Notes under the pieces: model-generated
The model's database searches: none
What the model saw: only the letters and a program-made list of their open reading frames with translations
Told to the model about the DNA's origin: nothing
Made by a program: the position numbers and the translations under genes
DNA from: Dicyema japonicum
Taxonomy: Eukaryota; Animalia; Dicyemida
NCBI GenBank assembly: GCA_011109175.1
Contig: RDEW01000036.1
Location: forward strand, 473,737 to 537,736
Direction of reading: 5' to 3'
DNA: 64,000 nt
Shown here: positions 50,125 through 61,252 of the stretch, piece after piece
Layout: every line of letters begins with the position of its first letter
How positions within the stretch are numbered: the stretch's first letter is position 1

Positions 50125-50603
50125 CCACGTGGCGCCAAGTAGTACTGCATGGCTAATTGGTTAAATTTTTCTGATTGTTTCTCTGTTCCTTTTCTCTCTT
50201 CCTATTAGAGTAGTGTCAAGTGATCCACCTGTCTAGGTATTCCCCAGCGCCNTGATTCGGAATACGGCACAAGGGAAACTTAACTAATTTTATGCTTTCT
50301 CGGGAATGTTTGTAATAATCATAATTAATCACACGAGATAAATCATTCTTATGGATTTCAATGCTTGCGGGAACCCCCAAGAGGTGTGGAAGAAGTTATT
50401 GGTTCTTTCGTTTCTTTCTGGAATGGGTGTCACCTTATCGGGTGAGCCACAAGACACCACGTTAACTATGTCTTTTATCAAACACGAAAAATGGAGATAC
50501 ACAGGCTTAGGATGGCACGTTTGGTTGCGGAAACAGGGATAATCAAACTAGTTGACATTACTTTTGTCTTTTTTTCTCGGTAATCCCAGGGTTAATAAAT
50601 AAA
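50125..50603 (+). mobile_element. SINE-like element copy E (diverged, spans an N)
   Basis: CCACGTGGCGCCAAGT..GCTAATTGGTT..TGATCCACCTGTCTAGGT. A related 3' end TTTCTCGGTAATCCCAGGGTTAATAAAT follows. Confidence 0.6.
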
Positions 50604-50872
50604 TGGGTTTCTATAAACTGACAACACAAGAACTTAACAAAATTAAGATATTTCAGTCACAAGATGTATTTCCAAGCGATATTATGCCTAAAAAGAATGA
50701 AAATCAGATTTTTGGCAAAAATGCTAACATTCGAGGATGAAAATTGTTATTTCATCTCAGATAATGTAAAAATCCGAATTTTTTTACAATCCAAGAGAGA
50801 ACTGAAAATAGTATTTTTTTATGATAATAGTATGAACAGCAATTGATCCATTTCAGACGCGATCGACTATAC

Positions 50873-52270
50873 CAGGGGTGTCAAACTCATTTCGCTTCAA
50901 GGGCCGCATTTATTTTGTATCAAGGGAAGATTAGTTTTGATATGCAAGATTAAGGTCCCCATTCAAAATGGCCTCCGATTAATTTTTCAGGTTTTGGATA
51001 AGTTCATCAATAAACTTCACGAGATATTTTACAATGTGTTTGACATCCTTAGGTAAAAAAGTCATCTTTTTTAAATCTTATATAATTTGATTTTAAGGGG
51101 TCCTATGGGTAAGTGGAACATTTTACCAAGATCCTCGACATCTTTAGGTAAAAAAGTCATCTTTTTTAAATCTTATAAAAATCGATTTTAAGGGGTCCTA
51201 TGGGTAAGTGGAACATTTTACCAAGATCCTCGACATCCTTAGGTGAAAAAGTCATCTTTTTTAAATCTCATAAAAATCGATTATGAGAGGCCATTTTGAA
51301 TAGACACAAAGATTAGCCCTGATGTATTATTTTTTAAGAATATGTTTATTCATTATAATGAAAAACCAAAAATAAGAAAAAATTATTTAATCACCATCCT
51401 TTAATTTTGGTGAGTTTATTCCAGAAAATTGACATCTTTTTTTAATATGTGGGGGGGAGCTATTCGATTTTTATTAAAGCAAATAAATTTTCATCAGTGA
51501 GTCTTGTTCTTTTAGCAGTTTTTGTCAATTTCATAAATGAAAAAAGATGTTCACATACATATGTTGAACCAAACATAGCAATGTTTTTTGTCGCAAACTG
51601 TTTAAAGTTTTTAAACTTTTCAAGAGGATATGAACAGAAAACAGGTATTCCAACCTCCAAATATATAGCTTCAAGTATATAATCTGATTTGATTTCCAAT
51701 AGTTCCATTTGTAAGCTTTCTTTTGTATTGGAAACATTAAAAGAGAATGGCGCTGCGAATAATGAAAATTGTTGTTCAAAAGACGAGAAATCATTAAATC
51801 TTTCTTGAATTTCTTTCAACAACGATTCTAGTTGTCTTTATATTTGAGAAATTTCTTTACAGTATGTTCACAACAGTACTCCTGAGCTCTTTGCAAGTAG
51901 GAAAATAAACTAAATCTTCATTTAATACCTGAGAATTAAAACACTTGATATCACCTCTAAATGAGTTATGAGCTTGTCTTTGTCCATTCCAAATTAAGGG
52001 CGTTCATATGTGAGGTAATATCGACAAACTTTAATTGGTGCTTCAAATACATTTTATTAATTTGTTCGGCAACAGTGTTTCTGGTTAATTAATTATCTTT
52101 AAACAAATGATCTGGACAAATAATTTTTTGCTGTTTTTTACAAAACATTGCTTGATGAAATCACCTTCGCAATATGATTTTCCATTCATTGCAAACATTT
52201 TGCTAATTTCATAGCTAGCAGTATTTTGTAAGGCAATCTTGATTCCTGTTCTCCTCGATTTTTCAAGAAG
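50873..52270 (-). mobile_element. hAT SPIN/GTF2IRD2-like transposon remnant
   Basis: TIR CAGGGGTGTCAAACTC at 50873. Motifs EGDFIKQC, LQMELLE and AMFGSTYVCEHLFSFMK..RTRLTDE. Confidence 0.85.
50955..51305. mobile_element. MITE-like insert with internal 95-bp tandem repeat
   Basis: Inverted ATTCAAAATGGCCTC (50961-50975) and GAGGCCATTTTGAAT (51287-51301). Repeat units start at ~51042, 51137 and 51232. Confidence 0.7.
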
Positions 52271-52379
52271 CAAGATAAAAAGCTCTTTGTATGCATTGTA
52301 ATATCATCCTAACAGTCCATAAAGGAGTGATGGAATGATCGTACGTGAAAAATAAATAAATAAAATATACGTTTCGAGT

Positions 52380-53450
52380 CTCAATTTCTTCATAACAATA
52401 TCGCATGGTGGGCTTTTTTCCTTTTGAGTTTAAAATCGCATAATGTGATTCCAGATTTATCAAAATCTTTCCGAGATACTTCAGGGAGCTCACAATGTTA
52501 ATTACGAAGTCTTTCTGATTTCCTTTACCAATCCGATTTAAAAACCTCATAGCACTAAATTTTTCTTTTGACAGTTTTAATCCATGAAGACAGCACGAGT
52601 CTTTTATCTCTTCCATGTACACATTGAGTTCTTCTCAAGATCATGCTCGATCTTGACACAATAGACAGTAGCACGTCGTCTGCGTATATCAGAGTTCTCG
52701 TACTTGGTGTGGTCTGAGAGGGTAGCCGGTCCTTGTGGTACTCCTCTCTTCAATAACATCATATTTGAAAATTAGCGTCCGCATCTAGCATAGGATTTTC
52801 TTCCTACTTTCACCCAATTCACTAGTTTCTTTGGGCTTCCTGTCCGAGATAACTGACCTATTATGGCTCTGTGGTTAACACTGTCAAATGCTTTTGATAT
52901 GTCGAGAAATATGACATTCACGAAACATTTAGATTCTCTGTTTTGCATAACTTGGAGTTGAGATGAAATAACCAGTCTCCGAATGACCGCCCTGGGCGAA
53001 ATCAAATTGATCATTTCTGAAGTAGTCTTCTTTTCAGCTGATTTGTTAGCCTCCAGAAGACAATTTTTTCTATAATTTTCGAAATTGACCAAATCAGGTT
53101 GATAGGGCGATAATTGAAGATCATTCTTCGATTTTTTTGTCTTCGCTACCATCCATACAATTGTCTTCTTCCATTCGTGTGGAGTATAACCAATTTTTAT
53201 GCATGCGTTGAATATATCTTTGAGAACAGATTAAAATGTCCGGGTTTTCTTTGAACATCCTATCTTTGATGAAATCACTGCCCGAAGGATTTTTTCTTGT
53301 CAGCTCTTATTTCTATCTTCAGCTTTTTTAGAGAGATCTTTATAAATGCTGTTAGTAACCAAGATTCTTTAGGAGGATCATTGGGATCTTAGCCGGTCCG
53401 TTAGAATAAGTTGTTTTAATGGCTTTCAATGCTGATTTAAGTTTCTTTAT
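52380..53450 (-). mobile_element. Jockey/I-group LINE RT fragment
   Basis: IFLDISKAFDSVNH and LIYADDV motifs. Same family as 8.3-9.6 kb. Confidence 0.75.
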
Positions 53451-55480
53451 AATTATTACTATTATTAGCACTTTCAAGAGAGCCATAATATTATAGCCCC
53501 GCATGTGCAGCAAAAAATATAAGAGAATTAGTTAGGTTGCTCCAGGTCTTGTGTTCTTTGCTAGGTCCCTCAGTGAATCCAGATCGTCACCAGATGCCAA
53601 TGTTTTCTTCACGGCTTTGTAGAACGACCGGAAGAGTAGTTCTCGGTCTTCCATGAAAGCGTTTTACATTGGAGGAGTAGTAATCTTCCATTGCAATATT
53701 CGGAGGGGATATCGGGTCCAACCTCAGGACGTGTCCAAAAAGTCTCCACCGAGAGCTAATGATCTTGTGGCTTAATAGTATACAGTCACACTTATTGTAC
53801 AGTCCATTCCGCGAGATCTTGGATGGCCAGGACATTCCAGTTATGTTTCATAGATGATTCCTGTGAAATGAGTCTAGCCTCTCCAATTCCTTTTTAGAGG
53901 TGTCCCAGGTCCCAGAGTTGTATAGTAGAATTGGTTTGATGAAAGTGTCGTACAACATCATCCTTTGTTTTATGTTATATCCTTTACGTTTTAGCCAAAG
54001 ATTCTTAAGCCTTTGCAATGTCATATTTTCCAATGTTTTTCTTTGTATGATATATTCGCTATCTCCTAGTAGTGTGCCAAGTTTCTTTATGTGTCTCCAT
54101 TTTTCTTCGAGTGTGTTGTTCATTCTTCTTATCTCTGTCCGTTCTGTTTTGTTCCCTGTTCACGGTAAGAAACTATTTCTCAAGTATATCTGGAGCATTT
54201 TCTAGTACATGCTCTTTGTCTTCAGAAATTAGGTCGACATCATCAGCATAAATCACTTCTTCTATTTTTACTTGATATAATGGTCTCAGTTCTCTCATAG
54301 CGGCCTTCAAGTATATTGTGAATAGTAGGGGAGAGAGGGAGTCTCCTTGAGGAGTGCCTGTGTTTGTTTCAAATTTTCTTGAGTAGGTTTTTCCAACTCT
54401 CACAAAAAGCTCTGTGTTAGATAGAAGGATTTGAATCATTCTTAGACTAATAGTAGGGAAGAGAGGGAGTCTCCTTGAGGAGTGCCTGTGTTTGTTTCAA
54501 ATTTTCTTGAGTAGGTTTTTCCAACTCTCACAAAAAGCTCTGTGTTAGATAGAAGGATTTGAATCATTCTTAGACTCGATTCGTCAATAAACCCTTCCAG
54601 CACTGTCATCAATTTTATCCTGTTAACCAAGTCAAAGGCTTTTGATAGATCTATTCCCAGAATGTGGATGGCATTGCAATATCTTTGATGTGTTGCACAT
54701 CTCCATCTGTGACTCCAGACTGCATCAGCTGTTGATCTTCTTTCTCTGAACCCACTTTGACTTTCGGGTAGGTATTCATAGGCGGGTCCTTTTATTCGTT
54801 CCAATACAATGTTAGCTAAGACTTTCCGTAGAGAATTTGATAATATAATAGGTCGTAAGTTTTCAACCGGTCCTTTGGGTTTATTGGGTTTTTGTATAGG
54901 TATTAGTAATCCCGTTCCCAGGGGCAAGGTTGAGTTAGTTGAAAACATTTCATTTAGTAGTGTAGCGATTTTTTCAAAAAGGGGGTCAGGCCCGTATTTC
55001 AGTAATTCTGGGTTTATCGTATCTGGTCCAGGGCTTCTGTTATTTTTTAGTTTTTGACATGCTGTTTTTACTTCCAAAATTGAAATTGGTTCTTTTAAAG
55101 GTCTAGGCTTTCCTTTGAATGGGGGGATTGCTGTAGCCACATTAAAAAGTTTCTCAAAATGTGTTGCAATTACCTCCGCTTGTTCTTCAGTATTCAGTAA
55201 TGTCTTGCCATTTTTGTCTTTGATGATTATTTGTTCCTTCCGGTTTGTGTGGCGTAGTAAACGAGCGGCCATATACATTTCTGAATTATCCTTTAGTTTG
55301 GATACTTCATTGATTTTACGAAGAAGTCTTCTTGGTGAAATGTCTGGTTCAGTCTCCTGATTTTTCTACGGATTTGGCCCTCTGCCCCTGAAAGACTTTC
55401 CTCTTGTTATAGTCTTTTTCGATTAGTTTTTTTTGTATGGATTTCCTTTAACTCCTTTTCTAATTCCTTTACTAGTTCAG
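53450..55480 (-). mobile_element. RTE LINE copy (RT + C-terminus) with internal 128-bp tandem duplication
   Basis: SPGPD, NLRPIIL, DAVWSHRW, GTPQGDSLS (twice; units at 54321 and 54449), YADD and WRLFGHVLR. Confidence 0.88.
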
Positions 55481-55499
55481 TATGTGTCGTCAAACCTTT

Positions 55500-55763
55500 A
55501 CTGGCCATCTCCCGCGTGCCGAGGTAGTTTCTTTATACCGCAATATTTCCACTTTTTGAGCAATTGAATGTATGGTGTAGCCTCCAACAAAAACATTCCG
55601 ACCTATGGTTGCTTTAAATTATTTCAATTTTTAAAAATATTTAAAAAATAAATAATTTTTTAAATGTTGCCAAATTTCAGAGTTGGCAAATATCATTGGA
55701 AAATAGAAAAAATCGATAAAAATGACAAATTTAAGAGTGGCATATTTGAGAGAGTTTACTGTA
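55500..55763 (-). mobile_element. pogo/Tigger-type element end
   Basis: Minus strand TA-CAGTAAACTCTCTC at 55763, followed by an HTH-like N-terminal remnant. Confidence 0.5.
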
Positions 55764-56235
55764 TTATAAATTTCACGTCAATTTAATCCGTCGTCTTCAA
55801 AAGACGTTGGAGAGTATGTTTGGTTGAGTTAAATACGAAGTATCCACTATCGAGAACTTTGTTGCAGTAACCAATCACTTAATTGAACTAAAAACTCAGT
55901 TAGAAAACGATGGTGAGGAGGTAACGGAGAATTATCTGGTATTTGCTCCTCTTCTAAGAAGAGAAAGGTCTAGGTGGAAGAATCGAATAATAATTTTAAT
56001 TTAATTGGGTGGATTGTATTTAAAAATCTGCAGACGATAAATTTTTTATAATCAGAATAAAATATCCACAGTACTAAATAATCCATGCACCTCAGTATTT
56101 GGGATAACTAAATTCGGGAGTAACTGTGTATTCCCCATGATATGAACCAATTAATTTATCCTAAAGCTGATTATAAATAGCAAACTGATAAATAATCAGT
56201 AAAACACCAAATAAACCCATATTTAGAAAATAAAA

Positions 56236-57154
56236 CTAAGTGTAACAATGATCAGATGATTCCACGTTTGTTAGAAGCGTGTAAATTGGATAATAATTGC
56301 ATTGATAGAGGCTCAGTCTAATTTTATTATCCAAAAGTCCGATTCCTTCGAGTGTGTACATTGAGAATAGTACTTGTTCGTCAGTCGCCATCAGTTTCAG
56401 AGATAACAATTTAAGAAAAAACTTTTCGTAATTATCACATAATTTGTACATTAGGTCAACAGGACCTATAAATACAGCTCCAGATACCCAAACTCTTGCA
56501 TTTTTTATGACATTTTCGATAGGATATTCTTCATATTTGTATACTTGACTCATAGTGACACGTGCATCGTACACGTATTTTGTTTTTTTCAGTTTATACA
56601 TTTTTGTAGTTTTCACGTGTCGGAAAAGACCGACATCAACCCAGGCGACGTATGAGAAATTATGGGAGAACATTACGATTGCTCTTTTCAAAATATCGTG
56701 TTTGGAATTCGTGGCAGCAGAGTAGTTATAATTTCCAGTTTCTTCAGGATACAAGCCAAATCCAGGAAGTGTGAAAATTTCCTTTATTTCTTCAATTTTT
56801 TTAAACCCAATCAATTCTGACCTGTTTAGGTTAATTAAAGTGGTAGGAAGGTTTTTTCTAATCTTACCCATGCGTCTGAGGATTTTCTCGTCGTCTGAGA
56901 AAAATACAAGATGGTTTTCAATAAAGGCAAATTTTTTCATAAACATAAAATACTCTTGAGATTTACGAAACCCACCTGGTTTCATAAAACTTCCTATATT
57001 ATAGTATCCACTGACTAATAAGATATCTTTGTTGTGAACTCTGTCATTTGTCTAAATATTATAAACTCTTTACATCAATCGTGAACAACAATATACAAAT
57101 AACGATCAAACAAAGCAAGAACTTGATTTTTTTGCTGATATGTCTAATACCCAT
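56236..57154 (-). CDS. HtrL/YibB-family putative glycosyltransferase, type II membrane protein
   Basis: N-terminal TM FLLCLIVICILLFTI. The 22-nt intron 57052-57073 joins it to LLVSGYYNIGSF..IENHLVFFSD..YSAATNSK..YVAWVDVGLFR..VSGAVFIG..TDEQVL. The exact C-terminus is uncertain. Confidence 0.75.
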
Positions 57155-57319
57155 GTGAATTTTATTTTTATTAACGATGAATAATTTATTTATATCAGTG
57201 ATGAATAATTTATCAGCGATGAATAATTTATTTATTTCAGAGTTGAATATTACATGCAGAAACTTTCTTGAATCTGCCATTTTTATCGTCATTTTCTATT
57301 TCTATAATAATATTAACAA

Positions 57320-59290
57320 GTAAATTAACTAATTAAGCAAATTTTAATCCAGATTGCTGTTAATCCTTCTTCTTCTCTTAGAAGAATAGTGTGCCATAAA
57401 CTTTTTGTTACTTCCCATCTCCACCTCAGATTCAGTCAAAATATCTCTGTTAGAATCCAGTGAGCTGTTCTCACGACATGCCAGTTCTACAAGTTGGGAA
57501 ATAGCAGAGGCGTACTCTTCATCGTATACCTTCATTTCATGCTCATGTTCAATGAGCATACTTTCTAGCGATCTCTTCAGCACAACAGATTGGGTGTATA
57601 TCCTCGTTGATTCTTTAATAGATAATTTATGCATATGATTCTTGAAGCATCTTGAGACTACTCCATCCCATGTCAAAACCACTGGAATAATCATCACTTG
57701 GCATTACAGAGTAGCGAAAGTTCGTTTGCAGCAAGTCATATTTGTGAAGTTTCTCAACTTCAACTTGCTTTAGTCGGTTTGTGAGGTAATGCCCACTTCG
57801 ATTAAGGTTACTTCCTTCTTTATTTTGTTGTAAAAAAATATCAGGTTTATTTAATTTGACTTTTGTTTCTGTCATAATCGACGTGTCAACTCTGATTTGG
57901 ACATTTTGAGTCGTCAATATTGACTGAACCGAATTTCCTTTCAATTTCCTGCTTCTTTTGATTCCATAAACTCGAAAAAAATTAAAATGGATACACTTTC
58001 CTACTTCATTGTGTCTTCGGAGATAATCACTGTTTAGCATTTTACACTGAGTGGCCAATGATCTACATTTTTTCTGCTTTGTGTAATGGCTGCATAATGA
58101 CCACGTGTGTGCAAAAAACAAATTCATATTTTGCAAAAACACTACAATACTTCGCTCCGTGGGCCGTTATTTTCCTCTGATAACCATTCCGAGGGAGTAG
58201 ATATGTCGATATTTGGTTCATCCATACATTTTAACATTATAAAGTGTAGTGTTCTGCAATTAATTTTATTTAACAAATATTTCTTCTGAATGTCCTTGTG
58301 GGACTTAATATACATGCTTTCCATGTCGGCAATATTTTAGAGGCAAAAAATCCTGCGATTTAAGCCAAGTGTTATTTTTTGTTTTTATTTCTCACAGAAT
58401 CCCGACCTTCGCAAACACACAGTCGACTGTTTTCCAAACTTTTAAAAACTGGAATAGTATTACTTTGCTCTTAAACAAAATCGAGGTAAGTCGCTTTCCA
58501 AAAGTTTTCCTGTCCAAATACAGCCTATCTTTATTTGCAGGTTTGAGGTGCAACTTGAGTGACGCAAGCAGTTGCGTATTTGTTGGTCATTATCATCAAA
58601 TTCATTAAGGTTAATTAGTCCAATATAATAGTTAGGGACATTGCGTATTTATTTATTGCGCGAAATAAGTTCACAGAATTTAACTTTGTTTTTGAAAGCA
58701 TGGTTATTCTTTTTTTAACATTTTCAAGTATGGACTCCATAACTTTGCTTTTAAGAACATTACTTCCCTCATCTTCAAAAACACCCTAATATCGATATCC
58801 ATTGACTCCTTCCAGAGTCTCACAACATGAAAACGATTTAACATTAGAAACTGACTTTTCCGAATTCATCTCCAAGCCGGCAACATGAAAGAACTCGCGA
58901 ACAACTTTCATTAGTTTGATAACAGTATCTTCTTTTATTTTAAATATCTTTAGATCATCAATAAACAACATATGATTGGCAGAATAAGCCAGGGTATTAG
59001 GATTTTCCTGATTAATTAGGTGTCTTGGGAACATAGAGTTAAGGATCCTGCTCAAAGGTTCAATTACTATAACAAATAGTTAGGGGATAATGAATCTCCT
59101 TGCAGAATTCCACGTCCCAGTTTTACAGAACCAATTCTTCTTCCATCTAAGTGGAGATTTACAGTCCACTTCTTGACTATGGTCTTTACAAAGTTTACAA
59201 TCCAACGGGGTATTCTGAACAGTCTAATACATGAAATAAAAATTCATGGTCAACGGAATCAAAGGCCTTCTTCACATCAACCCAAATTTA
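57320..59290 (-). mobile_element. Second R4/Dong-like RT-RLE element, 5'-truncated and degenerate
   Basis: WVDVKKAFDSVDH, GILQGD, NHMLFIDDLK, YLRRHNEV, NKPDIF, EVEKLHKYDLL and IIPVVLTWDG. Its 3' end is similar to 29120-29340. Confidence 0.85.
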
Positions 59291-61252
59291 CCAATTCTGA
59301 AATTTGCCACAATTTTTGAAAAATATTTTCATTTTTTAATTTAATAAAGCGGTTTAATGCAAAAACAAATAGTTAACAACTACTGGCTGCTCTCTCAATT
59401 GAGAACGCATTTCCCCAGACGATTTGCAAGAAATGCATTCAACTAGCCTGCTCAGTGTTTCTCAGCCTTTTTTCGTATCGTCCCTATGAAAATATTTTCA
59501 ACGCAATATGATGTCGTAGACATGACAATATAGAAGACATATTTTCCCATAATTTCGGGAATTTTAGTTTGATAATTGTCCCACAGGTGGATATGTGCCA
59601 TGTTTCAACGATTCAGGAGTGATTTTAAGATTTTGGGAGTGGACATGTCTACTGCGCTTGAAACTGTCACAGAAAATCTACTCACATTTAATATCAGAGG
59701 GCAACACAATCATGGAAGAGAACAGCACTATGCGACGATCTGATAAAACAGAAAGTTAAAGTTGGATGCTTGCAGGAAACAAAACTGCACTATGGGCTAG
59801 AAGAGGAACTATTGGGCTATCAATTCATTTCGAAGTGAAAGCAGACACTTTGGCCAAGGATTTGTGATAAAGAAAAAGCTGAGACCAATGATTCCCGCTA
59901 TTGGAGCATAAACTACCGAATTTGCGTACTTTAGATATGTATGAACAAGCTCTGTTCATCTAAAGGTTTACTATCCATCATAAACGTGTCGCACCCCACA
60001 GTGGATGGATTAAAAAAGACTCTACGGAGATAGACCTGTTCTGCTCCTGTCTCTCTGAAGTTTACTCTAAACTTTTACATTCGTCGATAACTGTCATCGC
60101 TGGTGACCTTAACGCCAAAGTGGGAATACAAAAAGACCCGGATGAAACATTTATGGAAGAGGAATAAGGAACGTTGCAGGAACACTACTTCTAACTTCTG
60201 TCAGGCAAACAGACTATTCCTCTGTAACACTGCATTCATGCACCAAGACACAAAACTACCTGGACAGAATGTAGGAAGAATTCTTGTGGTGAATTTATAA
60301 ACATCTACAATCAGACTGACTATGTAATCTGTCAAGCCAAAGATAAAACTCTTGTGGAAACCCACCACAAAATGGTCATCGGAAAAATGTCACTGAATAG
60401 ACACCTAACCAGAAGTGAAAATAACTCCCGCAGAAGTGCGACAAGCCTATCTTAAGCTTAAAAACAACAAAAGTCCGGGACCAGACGGGCTAGAACCGGA
60501 GCTATTAAAGTATGGAAGTGAAAACCTACATACCCTCATTGCGAACTCTTCAATGGAATGTTTAAAACAAACAACCACTTACCTTTTGGACAAGGAATAC
60601 TGGTCCCTGTCCAAAAACAGAACGAAGCTAAGGGAAAAATGGAGAACCTCAGGCCAGTAATTCTTATGAACAGCATACGGAAAGTGCTTGCAATTATTAC
60701 TCTACAAAGGATAAATCATCGTACGGAACAATGTTTATCCGAGTTCCACAGCCGCTTTCGAGAAGGAAAATCGACTTCTGACATTGTGTGGAACAATAGA
60801 TGGCGTTGTTCCACTTTTCAAAAGTTCAAAAATGCGACAGAAATTCTTGGAATTGATATGTCAAAAGCTTTTGACTCAATCAATCGTCAGAAATTGATGG
60901 ATGTCCTCACAGAATTCCTTGACGAATCTTCTACCCGAATGGTAAGGGTACTTTTATCAGAAACTTACCTATCGGTCAGGATACGAAACAAATACTCTAG
61001 CCATTTGAAACAACATCTGGGATACCTCAAGGAGATCCGTTATCTCATACTATTTGTCATATACTTGGAAGCTGCATTTGAAAGCTAAAACCATACTATG
61101 AAGCAGAAAATCGATGTGGTGGCTTATGCGGATGACGTGGATTTCATTCTCTCGACATGAATGCTCTGAAAAGCCTATTGGAGGTGATGACAAAAAAACT
61201 TGCCGAGTGGTTCCTCAATGTAAATGTGGAGAAAACAAAATTGACTGAACTA

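Noticed and set aside
51040-51280. CRISPR-like array
   Set aside because: These are contiguous tandem units with no unique spacers, in a eukaryotic context with no cas genes.
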